Below, piece after piece: positions 1-15,000 of a stretch of 64,000 bases of DNA. A program made the position numbers and the translations under genes. The notes under the pieces are model-generated. The model saw only the letters and a list, made by a program, of their open reading frames with translations. It made no database searches and had not been told where the DNA came from. Where the stretch lies: assembly GCA_973895155.1 (NCBI GenBank), contig OZ316894.1, positions 24,550,709 through 24,614,708 on the forward strand. Direction: 5' to 3'. The DNA comes from Marsupella aquatica. Its lineage: Eukaryota > Plantae > Marchantiophyta. How positions within the stretch are numbered: position 1 is the first letter of the stretch; every line of letters begins with the position of its first letter.

Positions 1-18
1 ATGCTCAGTGGATGATAG

Positions 19-3000
19 ATATTCACTCTCAATCCTGCAAGCGGGGAACTTTGGCCTGGCAATAGATTGGAGGTCATCGTGACTTTCAGCCCCCAAAGGG
101 CCAGAAGGTAAGATAAGAAGGTGGCCTTTTAAACAAATCATATCAAACGTGTCCGAAAAGGCAAGGTCCGTTACCGGAGCACGGATCTCTTGAAGTCTAT
201 ATGTCTGGTAGCAATTCCACCATACAACTTTAAATAAGAGCATGGTTTTGGGTTGGAAATGTCGAAACGCCTGGTATCTCATCATTACTGAGGTTCTTCT
301 TTCCTCATTCGTGCAACGTAAGAAAGACCAACTAACCTGAACGGGAGCGTTGTTTTCCAGATACTTTACCATTGCCTACTGCACGGTCTCTGGAAAGCAA
401 GACAGGCTCGAATTGCGGCTTGATGGAGTTGGTGTGGGGCCATTGGCACAATTCTTCCCTACTAAGGTTGATCTGAAAGACCTATCACTGTACTCTGAGT
501 ACAATTTTGACGTAAACCTCCACAATACTGGGGGATTGGAGGTAAGTTTCACCCACTGAAATATACTGTGGAATGTCTCTCAAGTAACGAAGTCTACCTA
601 TGTTTTGTATTTCCACCTCAGTTTGTCGAGTAGATTTGTTAGAATTAGAAAATTTGAAGTAATCATTGCATGGTTTGGTGGCTCTGCAATCTGCTTTAGA
701 ATGTGAAGACAACACTCATGCTTTCTCAGTTTCCACCAGTGAGTTTACGCTAGGAAAGCAACGAAGCGCATGCTAACTAAACGATGAAAATCCAATTGCA
801 GGCACTGTTTGAACTTGAGACATCCAGGTCAGCGAATCCAGGGACAATTTTTAGATTTGATCCAGAGAATGGATCAATTCCAGTGGGACAAATTTTGAAA
901 ATTCGAGTGACTCTCTTTTGTAATGAACGTGGCAAGTTTGAAGAGCATTTTAAGTGGGTGATCAGGGATTCAGTCAATTTTGCCCCTATTCTTTTCCGGG
1001 GACTGGTTGGCAACCCTTCTGTTCTTGTTGGACCTTTAGAACTTGACTTTGGCTTGGTTTCCTATGGATTTGATTGCTTTCGGGAGTTTAGGATCACGAA
1101 CAACAGTAATGTTCCCCTACATTTCAAACTCTCCCTAGATGAGTTGGAAGTTTATATGATTTGTCCAATACATGGACCAATGAAGAGGATTAAGATTGCT
1201 CACGATTGTGATCAGCATGGTGAAGAGTCATATTTCTTGATAACTCCAGCCTTGCCGGCAGTGCCAGCAAAGGTAGGTTTCATTCTTTTATTATGTTATG
1301 AACGACTGTTGAAAGACGCTTGGGTCGGTTGGAAGACTTGCCAGGATGAAGTCCATAGTGGTCTTGGCAGTTAGCTGCTATCTGAATACACAAGATACAG
1401 GGCCGAATAGTGTTCCAGTAGAATGGACAGAAAACTGATTGGTCTCCTGAGACCTGAAAGGATATATCTGATTTGGCAGTTAAGCCTGTTAACAAACTCT
1501 CGTGCATGAATATCCCAGGAAACAAACGTAATTGTCGTGAAGTTCACACCCCTTGAGGAGAGAGAATATGAAGGCTTTATTACTGTGTATTCGGAAGAAA
1601 TCAGTGAGGATATCTTCAAAGTTACTTTTAAGGGTGAATGCAAAATTCCAAAGGTACTTCAACTTTCTATTTGATGCGGTACATACATTCTGGTTGTGGA
1701 CCAACAACTAGAATTCTCCGGGAAGAAGGCAGGATGTGCTGCAGATAACTGCTGGAGGTAGATTAGTTCACCTCATAGATGAAGTACCTGTTTGAAGGGT
1801 TCCCAGAGGACTACTGTAGCAAACTTAATAGTTCTATTAATTTCAGTCACTATAAAAGCGCAGAAGCTAATTTTCTTTGAGCAACATAGTTCTATGTAGA
1901 TATATACAACGCACATTTTCTGTTTTCTTCTAAGTGACCTAACTCAGTGAGGAGTCGCCTTTTCAGGTCACTTTACCTGTGGACGTCCTCGACTATGAGA
2001 AAAGTTACCTTCGGTATGAATATTCCAAGCCATTGGAACTTCTTAACGAATCCCAAGTACCTGCTAAGTACAAGCTTTTGCCACTTGAATATGAGGCACA
2101 GCAGTTGGGCAATGCCTTCTCACGGCCAAGAGAAGGAATTATTGAGGCATTTTCTATTGTTCCGGTTGATATATTATTTGTCCCATACACATTGGGACCA
2201 ATTGAATTTTCACTGCTTATCAGTATATGTGGGAAAGACCCCGTCTATCTTACAGTCAAAATTAAGGCAGAAGGAATTGGTGCTCAACTGAATTTCGTGG
2301 TCTTCTCAGACGAAGAAATCAAGTCAAGTGGGGAAAATCCTGTAGTGGACTTTGGGACGGTGAAAGTCCTCGAAGAACATTATGCTGATATCGAGATTAC
2401 TAATATCAGCCTGATTCCAGCTATCTTTCAAATCGTGCAAGAAAATATCCAAACTTCTGCTTTTCGTATCTGTCTTGATCAAGCTACTTTAGAACCTGAC
2501 GAGCGACTAAACCTAAGGGTATAAATGCATCCCGATTTCTTTTTATAGTTCTCAGAAACTTACTTTCCCTCTTCGTCAGGACTCTTGTTTAAGTTGCTCA
2601 AATCCACTTTTCACCCCAGATAGTAAGTTGCCGCACTGACTAGCTTCCTCTAGTCCAGGTGTGTTGGATTTGTGCACAACTTGCAACAGAGTTAACAAAC
2701 GCATTTTTCTTGAATTTGGAGTTCCTCTGTTTGGAGCCTACTTTGCATAACTAGTGCAGTGTAACAGGTCACAGCATTTGTTGACGAAACACTGAAGTTC
2801 AAGGACATGATCAAAATCACTTTGGAAGGAGGCATGTACAAGATTCCCTGCTTTGCAAGAGGTTTTGGATCCCTTCTTATTTGTAAGGAATTTGACACCG
2901 GAGCCATACACTTTGGGGATGCTCTTACATATGCCATCCTGTCCAGCACTTTAAGCGTTCAAAATCTAGGCCGCCGGACACGTCACGTGATATGGAGTGT

Positions 3001-6000
3001 TCCTGATCCAAAGTCTGGCAGAAAGGTGTTCTGTGTCAATCCTCACAAACAAGAATTGATATCAAAGGCATCTGGTAGTTTTCTACTGTCAGGAACTTCC
3101 ACTGTGGCAGCCAAAGTGGAGGAACTGATGACTTGTACAGGTAATACATTCATCATATGACTGGAGGAAGGCATTGTCGAGGCAACCAATACATTGAGAG
3201 TTTTAAGTAAATTTGTAATTAAACTGCAGTTCGAAACAGTCAGGTGCAATAGGCAATCTGTTTGGAAGACTTTCTAACAAGTTTAAAATTGTTAAACAGT
3301 CCCATGCCACTTTTGTACTGCTAATGATCATCATGTGACATTAGGTAGAATATTTTCCTACCACTTATAGAGGAACTTCCAATGACACGTCTGCAAGTTG
3401 CCGTCTGGGACCACTGTATCCCCTTTTTTCTTGGCTTTACTGCTTCAAGACGACTTACACATGAGTGAGAATGCCGCGTGCGTAATATTCTTCTAGACCT
3501 AGCAATGGTGGCCATTCGTTCAGAAGCGAGGTTTTGGTAAATTTTACATGCTCAATCCTGGGAAGGCAGAACTCCACTCATATACGAGGCAGTTATCATG
3601 CCTGTATTGAGGTCGCGTCCGCACAAAGAGATAAACTCAAAACTCGAAGGACAAGGTTGCACCAGCTTTATGGCTGCATTCCATTTCCGAGTTTTGAGTA
3701 AATTTACTTCAGTAGTGAAGTAACACTAATTTAGCACACTTTCGTTAAACTGTTACTTGGTAATTTCTCTTGAACAGAGGCCGAGTTCCAATGCTCCAAT
3801 CCTTACATTAAGTTTGATTTGCGTGCAGGCACCGTGGCTGCATCATCAGCAAAGCCAATAGATGAGCCGGAGGTTCACGGCATATTGGTAAATGCAGACA
3901 TTGCACAATTAGCTTTGGTCTTCAAACCCATCTCTCTCAACTTCGTTCAAATGAATGGACCTGGACACGAAGAGCTTGATGAGTCGGTGCAGACCTTAAC
4001 CTGCCAAAATGTATTCAAACTGGAGTTACACGGTTCTCTTGAGGTCAAACTGCCTTTCAGACTCTCGAGAACTGACTTTTGCCTGCAACCTCTGGAGTCG
4101 ATGGAAGTGGATGTCATTCTTGACTGGCAACGACCCAAGGATAAGCTTACCCACTCCTTCGCCAACAAGATCGTAGTTCACTACAGGGATACACCCAGGA
4201 AAGACTACGTGCCATTGGCTGCGGAAGTTCACTTTCCCAATCTTCAAATCGACGCAAATAAAATTGAATTCGGGTAAGATTCATTTTCTCTGCATTCGAA
4301 TCCACATTTCCATCTCAACCCTATCAAGGAGAGGTAACCCGCGTGGGCATTAGTTTCACCATAGTCAATGCAGAGTTGGAGAGCAATAAATTGTAGAGAG
4401 TAGAGAGCGGTTCGCTGCTATCAGCTTGTTGGGGCTCCATTTGTCTCACCATTGATCCCCCGAACTCAACTTCATCAATTTCTTGTGTTAAATAACCTTT
4501 TTTACTTCTACTAGAAGTTTGCACCTTAGGTTCTTAGTTCGTCAGCTGCCCGTGTTGAAAACATATTTCCTTTCGTCTAGACACTAGTTACATGGCGGGT
4601 TAGTCTTCCCTTTGTCACCTCACGATGTCAACGCTGAGCAATCTGAGATGGAATCAAGTCATCGGATGTTATCTATAAAAAGGACATATGTGCGCTAACT
4701 TGGACTAAGGGCACTGCCTTCCGTTTCTGCAAACCATATTAAAACAAAAGATGAGGTGCTAAGTTGTACAAACGGTTGTCAGATGTGTGATTGAAAACAC
4801 GTCCAAGCGTGTTCAATTGAAAATCTCCAACATCAGTATCTTGGAGCTTCATTACTGCTGGGCCTTCATAGACAAGTACGGAATAGATATAAACACAACA
4901 TCAGCCAATATAAAAGAGAATGACGGCTACAAAATACCAACCAATCAAATTTTTGATATCCTTCCAATTCGGGGGATACTCCTCCCAGGAGAAGCGGAAA
5001 CAGTGGAGTTTTCTTACTTCAGTTTTCCTAAATACAAATGCCGTGCGCTGGCTCTTTGTGAGGTAAGAGTCTTCCTCAGCTTTCCTTCAAAGCTGGAAAA
5101 ATTACAGTTCGTCTCTTTATTTATTGTAACAAATAATATCCGGGAACAGGCTTGTCAAGTTGTTCAGACAGATATAATTGAAAAGCTCCATTGCCTTGAT
5201 GTGCAAGCGGGTCACTAACTGCGCATATGCAGTTTGTTTTAGGTGGAGGGGGGTCCAAGTTACACTGTGGTGCTTGACGCAGAATCCAGTGCTATTAAGT
5301 ACAAAGTCAACAGATATATTCTCGACTTTGGTGTTCAGCACTTTCTTCATCCTGTGACCAGCAGGATGCTATCTTTAACAAATGAAAGTGGGGTCCCATT
5401 CAATTTTGAGCTTGATCTATCCGACGTCAAGCGCACAGGCATGCTGCGAATTGATCCTATGATAGGACATATATTATCCACTGACAAGCAGAAGTTTAAA
5501 GTGACTGCTCATGCCGGAATTCCAGATAAGTTTGTTGAGCATTTCAAACTTCAGGTATACACTCCCTCTGCTTTACTTCAGCAAGTCAGTCTGCTTGAGC
5601 TCATGAACTATTAGTAGGCATCCAGACTGAAAGCACTTTACTTTACTCCAAAACATACGTAACTGAGCAGCTCAGAGTCATAGGCTCCTATGACCTTGTA
5701 TAGGTGAGACTGGGTATGACAGCTTCTGGTCGGAGGGCTCGTAGTGTTCAAGTTTCCAGGTACAGCATTACTTCAGTAGAATTAATCCACTTGTGGAAAG
5801 TGACTTGGATGTCCTCCCTGAACAGGTGGAATATTTTCAACCCCATGACCTTGAAGTGCGCGTGGAGGGAATGTATCCCAATATAACTCTTGATATTCAA
5901 CGGGTCCGAAGTGACAAATTTCTTTCATTTGTAGAGACTGCATGGACCCATATTCATGATTCCAAGGTGAAGGGTCTCACATATCCAATGAAGGACTCTT

Positions 6001-9000
6001 CTGAGGACTCAATTACAGAAGCGACACCGTCGAAGGTGCCGGAGATGCGTGGCAGAATCCAGCGGCACCCCAGCGCATGTATTATGGCACCTACTACTTT
6101 CCCTTATGGACAGTCCAATGATGATAAAGATCAAAGTCGTCCTGTCAGCCCTTCAAATGTCGGCGAGGGAGGAGGACTTCCTGGCGATCAAAACACACTT
6201 CCTGAGAAAACCCCAGAGCAGCTTGCACAAGAAAAGGTAGTAAAGCGTTTGATCACCTGAGGGAATGATCAGGTCACAAAATATTCCCCACTAAAGTTGC
6301 TTATCAAATTCCGATATAAAACACATAAAGACTCTGGCTCGGAGGTATCACTTTGGGATTTGAAGGTATTAAAAAGCAAAACGTTTCATTCATTTTTTGT
6401 CAACTCGGGAATTGCAGGCTGAAAAAGAGGCTGAAGAGGCGGCACGTATAGCAGAAGAGCTGAAACCAACGGTGGAGGAAGTGGATGTTGAGATAGACCA
6501 TATAATGGTGCTAAATCACTTCTATGAACCAATTCCTGTTGAGAAACAGCCTGAAGCCCTTCAGGAAGACAACCCTGAGCCTATTAGACCTCCAGAATCA
6601 GCACCTCCACAAAATGCCTCGCCAAGAAAAAACGAGGTCAAAGTGCTGCAAGCAAATGAGGGCCAAAAAGTAGAAGCTAAAGTTGGGATAGAATCAGCCA
6701 AAGTACAGGGCGCCAAAGCAGCCAAAACAAAGTTGGACGATTTGAAACCAAAGGAAGGTACCAAAAAAACTGATGTGAAAGAAGTAGCTTCTGAGCCTTT
6801 GCCACCACCAGTGCAGATGCGAGAGAAGCACGACGTTGATATTCAAAAGATTGTGGCGAACCAGTATGTCCTCGACTTTGAGAATGTTAGACTTGGCTTT
6901 GCAAAGAAACTGACCATCCGCGTTAGCACTGGTGGTTATTTACCAGTCACTTTCAAAGTGGACAAGTCAAAAGCAAAAGGGTTTGGCTTCTCGATAGAGC
7001 CTGATCGAGTGGTAAACCTCCCAGCAGGTCATTCAGTGCCACAGACAGCGGAACTACACATCACATTCAACACCAACGCACCAAAATTCCCAGTCGGAAG
7101 GCTGGAGTGTTGGGTCCCTATCAACATCAAAGAGGTATTCCTTAGAGATTTGATGGCATTCATCTCCTGTAACAAACCAATGCACAAGGTGAAGCTTCTA
7201 ATGGAGAAGCATGTTGTCATTCCATTTAAATAACCGTCTCACATTTGGCACTCTTGAGCTCTTGTAGAACTCTGCCTACATGACATGGCATTGCATCAGA
7301 GAGCTGGAAATTAAGAAATTGCATTCACGTCAAAAAAAAAGGCAGGTGCCGCAAAAGTCCATACATAAAGTAAATCTTCTACAATATGGGTTCAGTATAG
7401 AACGCGAGAATATGCACATTACACATACTTCATCTCTTCAATGCCTTTCTGAGAATTCTGTGCTCCAGAATAAAGATCATAATATATGTGGCATATTTTA
7501 CATTTCAAAATATTTTAAGCTCAAAATTGCAGACTCTGACAATGCAAACGAAGAGAAAAAACTGTTTCGCAAGAAATGACGCTAAATGAGCATATCATTT
7601 TTACAGGGACCGATCACAAAATTGCTATTAGCAGCAAACGTTACTGCACCAGATCTTCACCTCTCCACTGACTCTTTCGACTTTGAAACAGTACTTGTGG
7701 GACGCTGCAAGGTACTTCACACGACTCCCCAGCATGATCTTTTCTTCTTGAACAATAGAAAAGTGATCTTGGAAAACACAACTTACGCCGCAGCTTATTT
7801 GTTATTATAGGACATTGTCGACAAATAATTTCGAAGTGTGAGCAGATTTGTACACTGCAATGTATAAATTCGGATGCCAAATGGTGATATTTGCTCCATT
7901 TTCTACTGTAATTGACGATCTGAGCACCATAGCTTAAAGTTGGGTTTCGACAATCAGATAGAGAATTAGACCATTAACATATCGCACGCATGACGGTGTA
8001 TCTTGTTATCGAACTGGGAAAAACTGAGATTTAACCCGGGCCTGTTGCATTACGCTCTGATGATGTTGTTCATGATCAGAGTATGTTCCTTCGAATGGAA
8101 AACAGAGGAGAAGCACCGTGCGATTGGCACTCAGAGAGACCAGAGCCTGGAACTGTGACCATGAGAGTTTTGAAAGACTGGGACTTCTTCACGTGCAGCC
8201 CTGACTATGGGACCATTCCTCCCCATGACATGATCATGGTGAAGGTGAACTTTAATTCACACCCAAAACCAAAGTACAGAAGCAAACAATAGCATCAATC
8301 TTCCATGGAAAATCAGGTCCCTCAACCGTCTAAAAACAATTATGCGTACGGAAAGCAAAATGAATGTACAAATAAAAATCCAAAGCAAGAAACCATTTCT
8401 TTATAAATGCCACAAAGCACCAGCGTCAAAGTCGTGTGTACGATACTATTGAGAGGTCACTGATGTCCTCTTACGAAAAAGCACTCGAACAATTTTTGGA
8501 GCTGTCCATTTTTCCAGTACAACCTTCCCTCGGCATTTTGTGTTTATGAGCACTGTACATGTCAAGAGCACTCTAAATATCACAACTTCAAATTTTGAAC
8601 TGACTAAATCCACAACATTACTTTTCATGAGTTCAGTAGATAACTTCCCTCTTGAAATATTGTCTTCCAACCAGGTACTCTTCACACCAAAGCTGCAGAA
8701 GTTGAAAAATAATTACGAGACAATTATGTCTCTTAGAGTCTCTGGTGTGCCAACTCCGTACATTGTCAATCTGAAAGGACGTGGCTACCTTGTACCACTT
8801 ACTTTTGTACCATCATTTGTGGACATCGGCCCAATTATACCAAATTCAGATGTTCCAGCCCAATCCCAGGTTCAATTAAAGAACAGATCCAATCAGCCGA
8901 TAGAGGTGTACACCCTTGATTTTGATCCTCAATATATCCAGGAGGAGGAAATCCTTAGAGACGCTAAAGGTTACAATGAAAAGCAACTCCTGTACTTGGA

Positions 9001-12000
9001 CGTTCGGGAGGCTGGAGACCCATTTTGGAAAGGTGTGGTCGAGGAAGCACCTAGCTCTCCGAAAGGGGCTGGGAAAGGAGGCAAAACATCAAAAGAGAAT
9101 GATGTAAAGTCGAAGAAAGGCCAAGAGAAGAAACAAGACGATAAAAACGATAAAAAGGGGAAACCCATGATGAACGGGCCTACTGTACTTATTTATGGAC
9201 CACCATTGATTGGAAAAACTACACAAGCAAAGATGATTAGCCACAATTTCAAGACTCCCATTGTGGATATGGAAAGTCTGATGTTGTCTGCTGCCAGGGA
9301 AAAGAAACTTGTGATACCTGGCCTGGAGACGCCCGCTGCAGAAGGAGGAAAGACAGACGTCAAAGGAGGGAAAGAAGCAGGGAAAAAAGAGGATCCAAAG
9401 AAGGATGCCAAGAAGGGGAAAGGAAAACCAGAACCAGTTCAGAGAGGAGTTAAGAAGGAACAGCCTGTTAAGAGAAATTTTGACGCAGATCTCATAAATG
9501 TGCTGAAAACCAGGCTTCAAAATGATGACTGTAGTGCAGGTGTAGTCTTCGATGGATTGCGCTCAGTCTATGTGCCTGCCCTCACGCTTGTCAAATGCAT
9601 ACTGGAAGCGCTTGGACTCAAGTCCTCTGTTGTTAATGTTCCGATACCAGAAGATGAGCCGGTTAGTGACAACGAGGTTCTAGACGAGGAACCTGAGCAC
9701 AAGACTCTACCCAAGCCTGCCACACCGAAAAAGGATTTAGCAAAAAATGTCAAAGACAAGTCAGGCGGAAAGGGTTTAGCAAAGAAAACAGTACCTAAGA
9801 ACGTATGGAAAGGAGGCCCACGAGTGAACTTTATACTATTGAGAGCTGACCCATTGGAGCTTGTTACCTACTATGAGAAAGTTTCAGAAATCTGCCACTC
9901 AGCATTAAAGTCAAAGCCCGAGGAGGAAGAGGAGGCGGAAGTTGCAACTCCTCCGAGAATCTGTCAACATCATTTGCACTTTCCCACACTTGAAGGTGGC
10001 GAGCAATACCGGACCGAAGTAGCTTCCCACATACACTTGGACAGTCCATCTCACTACCCTTACATCTCAGTCTTTCCTACTACTGAGGAAGTGGAGAGAT
10101 TTTTCATTGCTGAGATTGAACTCATGAAAATGTTAGGCGGGCCTACAACCGCAGAAGAAGCAGACAAGGTGGGGCAAAATGTGATTTTAACCACCATAAA
10201 GGCCATGCAGGAAATCACTTCGGTTTTAGTTGAAGCGATGACCATCCTTCCAACCCCAGCATCAAAATTGCCGGTCCAGGAACCCATTGTGCAGCAAGTA
10301 ATAAAGAAGCCACCAGTTCGGGAACTTCTTGATGTCACAGACTTTACATACTCGATTGTGACTGCCTTACCCGGGACGACTCCTGGCTCTCCAAAAGGAG
10401 ACAAGAAAGAAAAGGTGGCACCCAAAGAAAAGAAAGAGAAGACCCAGGACACCAAAACAGTAGGGAAGGGCGGAGGCTCAAATAAAGTAGGGGCATCTGG
10501 CAAAACGCCACCTAAAAAAACCCCACTTGATATTGTTCCTCCCGGTCATGAGAAGAAGACAAGATGGGTCATCCCTGCTAAGACAAGTGTTGGCTTAGTG
10601 ATACAATTTTGGTCATCAACTGTTGGGGAGTTCGACCACGCCTTTCAATTTGAAGTAATGGGAACTTCAGGTCATCAGGCAACCCTGGACTGTACTGGTA
10701 TTGCTGCTTATCCTCAAATAACACTATACTACATGAAATTTCCCCCAAGAAGACAAAACCCAAACCTCATCGGAGTAAAAGAGAAGCGGACTCCCATGCT
10801 AATCCCTCTCTTAGAAGCTGGATTGGACTTCGGACCAATCAATACAGCAATTCCACCAAAAGAGTACCCAGAACTCGCAGATGGGGAGCATTGCAAGAAA
10901 CTGTCGGTGAAAAACACTGGCCTCTTTGACCTGCATGTAGACTTTAAACTCATTATGATAATTGAAGAGCCCCCTCCAGGATCTCCACCAGCGATTGGAG
11001 GTAAAAAGGAGAAGGAGAAGCCATCACCAAAGAAATCTCAGGAAACTGAGAAGAAAGCAGGAAAGGGTGACAAAAAAGGTGCCAAAAAAGGAGATGCCAG
11101 TCAAGCGGTGTATACTGTTCATCCAGCTGCAATGGACTTGCTGATTGACCAAAGTTTAGTATTGAGCCTCTTTTGTTACCCAAAGGAGGTAACTCTACTT
11201 TAGCCCAAGATTTCTTGCACCCTTCTAAATTTCCTCTTTGTTGATAATCTCTTCAAAATCCTAGCAGCTGTAGTAAGGAGTTTACTAATTATAAGTATCT
11301 GTAATGTTGTGCTGATCTGGATGAGAGTATTCAGCACATGAATTTTTCCGATGCTCCAACCATGTCAAAGCAACCAATGCCGTTACCTGTATGACCTCCA
11401 TATAATGACTAGTATCCACCCTCAACTGCTGTGCATCCTGGTACGAATGGACAGGGTTTGACAGGAAAAGTATCCGCAAAGCTCTTATGCAACATCAAGA
11501 ATTGTCCAGACCCTCTGGAATACATTGTAACATCTATTGTCGATACACCACGTGTGGAACTTAGCTCAAACGTTATTGACTTCCAACGAGTGCTGATTGG
11601 CAAAACCAGACAGGAAATATTAGTTATAAGGTGAATCCTTTCACCCTCGTAAGAAACTTCAATTACAGTCATCTAAATAATGGACTTACTTTCGACACAA
11701 ATGGAGATCTGATCTGGGTGGCCTTTCCTGTACCCCAAATTTATTAGAGAAGTCAGATCTAGAGATAACTAGGATTAGTGTCAAAACCAGACTTTGGTTT
11801 GAGTATAGTGTTATAAATAACTAGTTCGGCATCCTCACCGCGTTCACAGTGCAACATGAGCGTTTTGAATTCTACAAAATCGAGGTTCCTTATTTTGTAC
11901 CTTTTGGTGAGAGGTCATTTTCAACATATGGATCAAATGGCTTTGCACTCGATTACCAGTAGTGGCATCAACTTTTCTTTTCAGATCGTGGAATTGAAAG

Positions 12001-15000
12001 ATCTGTAGGGACATTGCACTAATGTTTACAAGTTATGCAGGAACGTATCTGTTCTAAAAGTGCATTGGAGCATTGTGGGCATCGAAAAAATGCCTGCCAC
12101 CTTCTCAATGTCTGAAACATCTGGTGGACTTAAAGCAGGAGAAAATGGAACTGTCTACGTTGCCTTTAAAGCAGCAGCAGAAGAGAAGCTTGAGCAGAAG
12201 CTCTCACTGCAGGTAATGACGATACTTCATGATCATTTTTTCAAAGAAGATTTCCAGTGACACGAGGCTAGCCTAGTGGCAACGTGCAGCTAATTGACTC
12301 AGACTGGGTGGTTTGTTGGACGGAGCTATTGTCCCGATCAGGAGTGCGCATGGATGTTCAAACTTACTTGAGTGATCTTTCAAAATAGGTCCACATTTTA
12401 AAATAATTAGAGACATGGATTACGCTTGGCATCAATAGGCAAGGGTAGGACTTGGCACAAGTCAAACTTTGTTCAATTGTCAACAGAAATGGGTAATTCG
12501 TGACTGTCATACAAGAGTAAATTCTTCCAGCTACCAAGGTGAACTCTAGGCAATTAAATGATTCTTCAACATCCCTCAGGTGACTCATCGTAAGGAGGAC
12601 ACAGTTGTTGCACAAGAGCATCCCCTCCGCTTCCTTGCTGAAGGATACGTCATGGATGTCATAATCACATTTCCACAACCAGAAGCAGCAGACGGAATAG
12701 ATTTTGGTATCATCAAGGCTGCGGAAGCAGCAGTGCGTACCATCTTGCTGGAAAACAAAGGGAAATATCCTGTCAAATACAGATTCAACCTCAATGGCCA
12801 ACTGATTAAGGAACTCTTCACAATACCAACGCTAGAGGGAATATTGGCACCAAAGGGTAAACTAAAGGTGTGCGCAAACCTCTCTACCGACATTCATTAA
12901 CATGTAGACGGGCAAAAACTGTTCAAACAGTCTTTCTTTACTTCAGCATCGACAAAAACAAAATTCTATCAGCCATTTGAATGCAAAGATGACAACATTG
13001 ACGCCTTGCAATACTTCTATTAAAATTCAAGAGATTGCAAATGTTAAGACCCCACAGCATTTTCTTGGACCTGTGAGTTTTCCTAACAAGGTGGGCTGTT
13101 AAAGTCCTGCTCTAACGTCCTTCGTCAACTGGACTGCCAGGTAGATCTGCACTTCAACAAAGAAAAGAAGCTGAAGGAGGAGACAACCCTGCAAAGAAAC
13201 TGTGCTATAACTCTAGATCTCATTGAACCCTTATATGAGCGGACTGAGAAAATTATTCCAATATACATTAGTCTTCATGCCGTCCACACACATTTCCTGA
13301 TACTCCCTGCTCGCGAGATAGATTTTGAATACCAAGTCTGTGGGCTTTTGTCAGAGGCTCGGACAATGAAGATACTGAACACCGGTGTATTTGAGCTTGA
13401 ATTTACGCTGTTGGCTGCACCTGTGAAAGACTCGGAGGTTTCCCTGAATAACAAGGAGGCAAGCCTGGCGACAAAGAAAAGTACCAAGACAGTGGGCAGT
13501 GCCAAAACAAACGAAAGCGCTAAGACTTCTGCAAGCGGCAAGGGAGGCCAAGGTAAGAAGGGAAAAGCTGCAGCAGCTCCGAAAATGCTGGACTTGCGTG
13601 GGTTCCAGCTATTCCCATCAGTGGGGAAAGTTGCTCCAGGAATGAAGCAAGACATCTCAGTTTACTTCAAGGCACCGGAGACCCCAACAAAAGTATACGA
13701 AGAAATACTGATTGCAATAAACGATAGAGATCCTCTAAAATATCCCGACGACATTTCATATGATTTAAAAGGAGAGTCTCGATTCCCTGGATTCAAAACC
13801 GACCCAGAGGTCATATTTGAAGAGCACAGGATAGTGGATAATCTTGAGCTGTTTGATACTGTCCTCCCTCCAAGGACTTACTCCAAAGGTGACCACATGT
13901 TTTCTTTTGGTGCCGTTTATGTAGACACGGACCCACTGCCAACTGAATCAGAATTGGGACCTGAGAAACCCTCGGTCAAATTTTCAGGAGAAATTCATGC
14001 AGTGAAGGTGGTGGGCAAGATCAGAAGAAAGGGGGCAGACGTGAATTTCAAATTCGACAATCCCTACAAAGTGCCCTGCACTGTGGAGTTTACTCTTACA
14101 CCTGAAGCCGTCGAGCAGGAGACGTTGGGAGCTTATGAAATGCCATTTGCAATGGAGATTCAGCCAATGAAGATTGACATCCCTCCGCTAGAATGCCGAT
14201 ACATTCAATGCCTCTTCACGCCTGTGTCCATACGAACCTATGCAGCCATCTTTGAAGCAGTGGTGAAGAATGGTGGAGACGACGTAAGGACCAAGCAGTT
14301 CAAGTGCTATCTAAAGGGTGAGGGAACTTTGCCACATGTACATTTAGAAGCTCCAACAGATACCTCCCCCTCTGGAGCACCATGGCTCAAATACCCCCGC
14401 ATAAAGATCAACCAATCATTCACACTGCCAATAATTCTACAAAACTCAGGCATCGTCCCAGCAACCGCCAACATTCTTGTGGGAGGGGGCTGCGACCGCT
14501 GGCTACAGATGACCCTTCAGACCGATCAGATGCTTTATAATGTCCTTCCTTTCAGCTCAAGCTTTAAAGTGCGTAGCAAGAAACAAGAGACTATCCTTGT
14601 CACGTTCACTCCATTGGAAATAAGACAGTATGAGTGTGAGATTCAAGTGGCTGTGTCTTCCAATCCCTTCAACAATCTTAGGATTCTCATATCAGGCGAA
14701 GGTTATTTGGAAGATGTTGAATGCCTGGGTCTCCCAAGACAGCTGAGCGACACAATATGGTTCGAAGATGGGCCCTACGGGATCCCTAAAACTATTGCTT
14801 TCACCTTGAAAAATAATTGCAACCGAGACTGGCGTTTCACCTGGCCAAGCATACCCTCTATTGAGTTTTCCCCTGCTACAGGCCACCTGCATGCGTGCTC
14901 GACCAAGGCTATCACTGCAGTTTTTAATCCAACTGAATTGACGGAATACATTGACAAAGACATCAGAGTGCCGATGTACAACATTCGGTTCCAGGAACTA

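Noticed and set aside
8540-8674. N-terminus of the 887-aa ORF as a separate gene start
   Set aside because: This is intron sequence that happens to be open. The acceptor ccag|GTACTC at 8674/8675 joins in frame to exon 8080-8244 of HYDIN.
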